Shown here in pieces: positions 58,051 to 64,000 of a stretch of DNA of 64,000 nucleotides. Source of the DNA: Selaginella moellendorffii (taxonomy: Eukaryota; Plantae; Lycopodiophyta); assembly GCF_000143415.4 (NCBI RefSeq), contig NW_003314379.1:1-64000 (forward strand). Direction: 5' to 3'. The position numbers and the translations under genes were made by a program. The notes under the pieces were generated by a model, which had not been told where the DNA came from, ran no database searches, and saw nothing but the letters and a program-made list of their open reading frames with translations. Position 1 is the stretch's first letter. The number at the start of each line of letters is the position of its first letter.

Positions 58051-59533
58051 TCACTGCCAAGCACAGCCTTCAAATGCGAATGTTTCCATAGAATGCATGT
58101 GTTTGCACCAGTGCTGGATTGCTGTGTATGGAGGCTCCGACTTGAATCTAGCCTCCTGGGTGCGCCACAGCATCCGACACTGCGCAGGCACATCAAAGAG
58201 CAACGGATGTACCTTGATACGACCAGGAAAAGCTTGCGAGAGCACCTCAAAAGCGGCAGGAACTTGTGGCCGGAAGTCAGGAGGCTCATACCTGTAGACG
58301 AAGCCTCTCAAATCGAGCAGCCTCACGCACTCGCTGCTCCTCATGAGTTCCCACAGAAAATCTATGTCGTCGCTCTCCCAGATGCCACCACTCTCGCTCC
58401 TGAATGCTGCCTCGATGAACACCATCAAGGGCGATTGTCTGCTGCTCCACTCGTCCAGGCTCAGCGCCTGCAAAGAAAGAAAAACATAAGCGAATCAGTG
58501 ACAGTGAGTTAAACACGAATCAACTTATCTTGATGCTTGTACGAGCAATTCTCAAGACCTCAAGTCCATGGAAGAGCTCTAGAAAGACTGCGAGCTTAAA
58601 GGAGCGAGGCTGGAAGTCGTGATCCCCCACAAGCAAGCTCAACTCCTTGACGCCACCCAAGCTTGGCACCAATGGCAACACACGCTCCAGCACATTGGCG
58701 GGGCTCCGGAAGGAGTTGCTGAGCGTGATCGACTTCAACTTGTTCAATGAGTGACACAGTCCCTGGTGGCGAACACGTCCATGCAACTGCACCCACTCGA
58801 TGTTGCATGTCGAGGGCCGCAGCTCCACGCACGGCCCTGAGCTGACAGTGAGCCACCGGAGCTTGGGCATGTCAATGGCAATGGTGGCAGCGCCGCCACA
58901 GCGACTTCGAATCTCCAAACAGTCGAGGCTGCTGCTCTTGAGAAGCTCTACGTGTGATTCCTCCGGCACTGCCATACTCCCCAGGCAGAAGAAGATGAGC
59001 GAGGGACACTCCTCGAGGAGCTGCTGCACGGCAGAGACGTCCAAGACTGTGACGAAGATGACGCAGTAGAGCAGGTTGCGGAGAGCCATAGTTGGCGGCA
59101 ACGCGGTGCCAACGTTGGCGTAGATGTGGAGGCAGCGCAGCTCGTGACATTCAGAGAGGCTGGACCAAAAGTCTTCAAACTTTTGGTTTGGCAGGCCGCG
59201 CATGCGTAGCGAGTGGAGCGTTTTCCCGAGCACCTGTAGCCAGCGAGTGGAGCTCACATTCTTGCGGTAGCAAGGGAAGCGAGTGATGTCCAGGTAGCGG
59301 AGATTGTTGCCATGATCTGGATGGAACCAGCGGATGAGTCCTTCCTCAGCGGATGAGTTTGACGAATCCAGGCAGAAGTGAGTGACACACCTTGCCAAAT
59401 CCTTCCACCTCTTGCTTACCAGGGAACAGCAATGCAGGTGACGCGAGGAGAGTAGTCGTGATATGATCCGCACTAGCAACTCATCCGGGAGATCATCCAA
59501 CCGCCTCCACTGCTCCTTGATGCTGCTAGCCAT
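58051..59533 (-). CDS. F-box/LRR-like protein, copy 2 (2 exons)
   Basis: Paralogue of copy 1. Both exons open. Confidence 0.85.
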
Positions 59534-59668
59534 CGAGTGAAGAACCCTAGGCTCAATCCAGCAGATGTGGCAGCTTTAGTCTTGCCACGTCATTGCTGAG
59601 CTGGCATTTAAGAATGAATCATCATTGTGTTATTTTAATTGTTCTTTCTCACAATTACCTAATCACTG

Positions 59669-60630
59669 TCACCCAATCCATGGCAAGACGGACTCCACGA
59701 AAACAGCAAGCGCCTTCCGATCTACCAAAGGAACGTCCAAATGAACCTCCACATTTCGTCCTCCTGCTACACCAGCTTCTTCACTGGGAGGAGAACTCTG
59801 AAAGATACTGATACCTGAAAATAAGTAAAGATTTTGGCGGGCAAAACTGGTGACACAATCGTTGTGGTCAGCTTGGAACGCTTCCGCTCGAGTACAAGCA
59901 GACTCTCCACCCCTCGCGGCCAGTGCAGGTCTTTCAGCCAGTGATATAATTCTTCTCGATGTAGATGCCGGTGCTTGAGCACTTTCCTCCACGCTGCATC
60001 CTCCTTAATCGGAGCTCGCGCGACAATCTTGCTCAGCACCGATGGATGAAGCATCTGAGCATGCTGCAGGAGAGCCGAGGCCGGGACTGTTTCGTTGCTT
60101 GGATTTGAAGCTGCCTCTTCCTTCTGCTCGAGAAGCGAGAAGGAAAAGTTTGGGAGGAGAGCCATGACTCTCCACGAAAGCCTTCAGCCACGAGTATTGC
60201 CACGCTCTCAAAGCGTAGTAGTCGATGTCGCAAGTGGGATCGCTTAGATCGAGTGATTGCAAAACTCCATGGCTGTTCGATGGCAGCCTCGCCTTCCCAG
60301 GTGCTGCGGCCGGTTATCCTTGCACGAGTAGTCGAGCCCGGACTTTCCGGCCAGCGGATCAAACAAGGGACTCCACGCGCATTCCAGTGCGTATCTCCAG
60401 CAATGGTGGTGCTCCCCAATGTCGGCAAGGCGAGCAGCGAGTCCGAACTCTTTCTGGACCTCCAAGTCTGGAAAACAAGAACCAGCGTTGTTCTATGTCA
60501 CGTAAAGAAAAAGTTCTAGCGTAGTACCTGAAAGTCGTGGCCACTTCCTTGGTATGAACAAGCTCCATCGACACACCTCCGTCCCAAGATTCACAGCACC
60601 CGACGATTATAACCTCTCGAACATATGTAA
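59669..60630 (-). pseudogene. Fragmented gene of unknown function
   Basis: Chain of frameshifted coding-like ORFs. Its 5' end (60585-60622) matches 54150-54190. Confidence 0.4.
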
Positions 60631-60640
60631 CCTTAGGAAC

Positions 60641-62084
60641 TTACTGCCAAGCGCAGCTCTCGATCGCGGGCGTTTCCATCGAGTGCATGCGTTTGCACCA
60701 GTGCTGGATCGCTGTGTAGGGGGGCTCGGCCTTCACTCTAGTTGCAAAGGCGCGCGTCAGCATCCCACACTTTGGATGCAGATCAAAGAGCAACGGATGC
60801 AGCTTGACACGGCCAGGGAAAGCTTGCGAGAGCTCCTCAAACGCGGCAGGGACCTGCGGCTGGAAATCGGGAGGCTCATTCGAGTAGACGAAGCCTGTCA
60901 GATCGAGCAGCCTCACGCAATCGCTGCTGCTCAGGAGCTCCCACACAAACTCGACGTCGTCGGCCTCCCAGGAGCCGCCTATCTCACTCCTGTACGCCGT
61001 CTCAATGTGCACAACCAAGGGCGCTTTCCTGTTGCTCCACTCGTCCAGGCTCAGTGCCTATAGATACCAGATCAATCATCGTCAAGGACGACTATCAATC
61101 TGCTAGAAAGTATATGCATACCTTGATGCTAGACCGAGCGATTCTCACGACCTCGAGTCCCTGGAAGAGCTCCAGAAGGGCAGCGAGGTTGAAGGAGCGA
61201 GGCTGGAAGTCATGATCCCCCACAAGCACGCTCAGATCCTTGACGCCACCCAAGATCTGCAGCAATGGCAAGACACGCTCCATCACGTTGGCGGGATTCT
61301 GGAAGGAGTTCCCGAGCGTGATGGATCTTAGCTTGTTCGACGAGTGGCACAGGCCCCGGTACCGCACACGTCCATGCATCCGCAGCCACTCGACATTGCA
61401 TGTAGATGGCCTCAGCTCCACGCACGGCATCGACACCGAGGTGATGAAGAGCCAGCGGAGCTTAGGCATTTCAATGGCTAGAACTACGTTCGCGGTGCCA
61501 CCACCACTGCAGTCGTCAATCTCCAGGCAATCGAGGCTATGGCTGCTGAGAGGATTAGTACCGGGCGCGTCCATCACAAGCGTTCCCAGCCACAAGTAGA
61601 CGAGGGAGTTGCACTGGTCGAGGAGCTGCTGGACGGCAGAAACGGTGAAGTTTGTCTTCCTGATCTCGCAGAAGATGGAGTCATGGTGGTGCCAACATCG
61701 GCATAGCTGTGGAGGCAGCGCAGCTCCTGGCACGCCGAGATGCTGGACCAAAAGTCTTCAAACTTTAGTGTTGCGTGCCCCAGATGCTAAGCGAGTGGAG
61801 AGTTTTCCCGACCACTCCTAGCCAGCGAGTGGAGCACACATTCTTTCGGAGGCGCGGGAAGTGCTTGATTTCCAAGTAGCGGAGGTTGCTGCCCTGATCT
61901 GGATGGAACCAGCGAATGAACCCTTCCTCAGTAGTAGGGCTTGTTGAATCCAGGCAGAAGTGAGTAATGCGCCTTGTCAAATCCTTCCACCTCTTGCTTA
62001 CCAGGGCACAACAATGCAAGTGATGCGACGAAAGGAGTTGCGATATGATTCGCACCAGCAACTGTCCAAGCACCTCTTTTCCAT
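60641..62084 (-). pseudogene. F-box/LRR-like protein, copy 3 (frameshifted)
   Basis: Paralogue with frameshifts near 62070, 61765 and 61680. 3' part almost identical to copy 1. Confidence 0.85.
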
Positions 62085-62574
62085 TGAGAGAGCCCTAGCT
62101 TGTGAACGTGGCAGCCAAGTTCTGACCACGTCGGCAACATGAAAAAGGCGGGCAGTTTGTTTGGGCCATGACCAAAATCCAAGCACCGTTGTAACGGGCT
62201 AAGGTGACGCTGGTGATAACGGTGTCCAGTTTGGTGAAGCCCTAACGGAGTGCTGACGTGGCAAGTGGGCGAGCGAGGGTTCTTGGTTGGGGAGGGAGGA
62301 TGGAAGGAGAGGAGTGTGGGTGCTGAATGTGAGCGCACGGGGTGTTCTGTTATGTGTTCTAGTGGTTCAGAAGTGGATCTCTCTTGGTTTCTTTGGTTTC
62401 TTTGCTAATGTCCATGAATGGAGGCGGTCCCTGTTTTGACCGCTACACCGTGAAATGCTGCCGTAAGAATATTCGTTCTATTTGTTCTACGACCAACAAG
62501 AACACATTGCTTGATCTGAGTAACAAGAGCTGCGGTCGACAATTGAAAACGAAACATTCCTTTCCTATCTCTCG

Positions 62575-63074
62575 TCAGTCACGCTCAATCTCATGATCGT
62601 GAGCGCCCTCCACTTCCTCGTCCTTCTCCTCGCTCGAGTCTTCTTCCTTCTTGACGTCGCTGTCCGTGGATTCCTCTACCCCTTCTTCGAGATCCTGCTT
62701 GGGCATTTCTTCGTTTGGCAAGGGGATCGGAGGGGAGAAATTGTCCCTGACCACAGCGTCCGGATCGTCAACAGGAGCAGTGGCAGCCGGCGCTAGGTCG
62801 GGCTGTTGTCGGAGTCGTCTACAAACAAGAAAACACAAGAAAGACGCTAGATGAGGCAAGATGCAAGATGTCTCTGATACCTTCATCATCAGATCGATCA
62901 GGATCCAACAGGTAATCGAAGAAGCCCGATCCTTTTGTGGAGAAGAAGCGGCCTCTATCGAGAGCCATCGGTAGAGCTCGAGCGTGAGCGCGGAGCACGA
63001 GAGAGAGCATGCGCGAAGATCGATCGCTTCGTAGTAGCGGCACGGAGAGAGAAAGCCACAATCTTGAGATTCAT
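62575..63074 (-). pseudogene. Small acidic protein, copy 2 (frameshifted)
   Basis: MNLKIVAFSLRAATTKR in one frame, RFFSTKGSGFFDYLLDPD in another. Acidic exon 2. Confidence 0.5.
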
Positions 63075-63338
63075 TGCACCCTGCGTCCGTCGATAGATCC
63101 CTGAAGAAACACAAAAGAGAAAAAAATTGCCAGCGGCCACAAAGCTCAGTCTTCGTAATTAAACAAGCTCGTACGTGATTGTACACCGTGATCCGCTATT
63201 TGGTTTGAGCCATGGCCCATTGGCGAGAGATAAATCTGGATGTTCTTTTCACTATATATCTTCTTCATAAACAATTTCGATGATTCTGGAATAAACCAGT
63301 CGAAGATTTTATTCTTGAACAGTCTTCGTCGGCAAAGA

Positions 63339-64000
63339 ATGTCGCCGAATCATCTTTCTTCTCATGGACCACCCTCTACTGTTAAGGTGTTTGATCACGC
63401 CTTGGAGATAGAAAGGATTGTTTTGTTTCTAGCACTGTCCAGTTTATTCTTACCACAAAGCGTTGCTTTGCAGGTGCTACACGAGCTCGATGCTGACAGG
63501 GAAGCAGCTGCATGAGATAGTCGAGATGGCGGTGAAGAGAGCCAAGCGCGGCATACAGGTAGTTCCCGAGCTTGCAGTTGGCAGTACCCGAGGTAATCAG
63601 CCAAGACTTGATCTTGTCTCATGGTTTTTTGCATTGTTGTGTCTAGCTAGGCAAATCCCGCATCTGGAATAGCAACTATAAACGAGTTTCAATCAAGAGA
63701 TCTTGCAGAATTGACAGAGGTAAAATTTGTTTTGTGTGTTTGTTCTTTCATTGTTTTTCTCACTTATTTTCGCGTTCAGCTTACCAGAGAAGTGGTACAT
63801 CTCTTGGAGCAAAACCAAAGCAAAGCAGTGCAAGGCAAGAGTGAAGACGATGGCTTCTCGGACTGTTGTCGCAGTTCCTTGAGTTCGGTTGTCAATACGA
63901 TGGATGGATAGAGATTATGGGAAATATCCGGTGATGGCGGCCATCTCTTTCTCTCGGACAATCCTCTCGAAGCGTTTTCTGGTCACGGTGACAAATCACT
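63339..64000 (+). other. 5' part of a spliced gene or pseudogene of unknown function running toward the window end
   Basis: Short exon-like segments separated by GT...AG, T-rich introns. An in-frame stop is possible at ~63512. Confidence 0.35.

Overview
Eukaryotic land-plant genomic DNA. Very short introns (~50-60 bp), tightly packed genes, PLS-type PPR genes and a Crinkler-like gene suggest a lycophyte such as Selaginella; this is an inference. The left half (1-37 kb) is a transposon-rich accessory block. It holds a full-length Ty3/Gypsy chromovirus (element A, 82-7513, minus strand) inserted into the RT of an older copy of its own family (element B), and a Crinkler/RHS-type NTPase+nuclease gene. 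It also holds two degenerate tRNA-Gln genes, a mosaic of gene fragments, a non-autonomous LTR relative of A (element C, 20326-28309) splitting a LINE RT, and a truncated Copia. The right half (37-64 kb) is gene-dense: GT61, armadillo-repeat kinesin, PPR, PSA2, a TPR/EF-hand/ZZ protein, EID1, and an F-box cluster with a foldback repeat. The strongest hunt result is a ~250-nt, strongly covarying structured RNA in the chromovirus 3' UTR. It has two tRNA T-arm/B-box hairpins, a GACA-tetraloop hairpin and a four-way junction, and it is retained and partly duplicated in non-coding element C. Also notable is a conserved -1 slippery site (G GGA AAC) that places the nucleocapsid zinc knuckle in the Pol frame. 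All alignments and foldings were done by eye.
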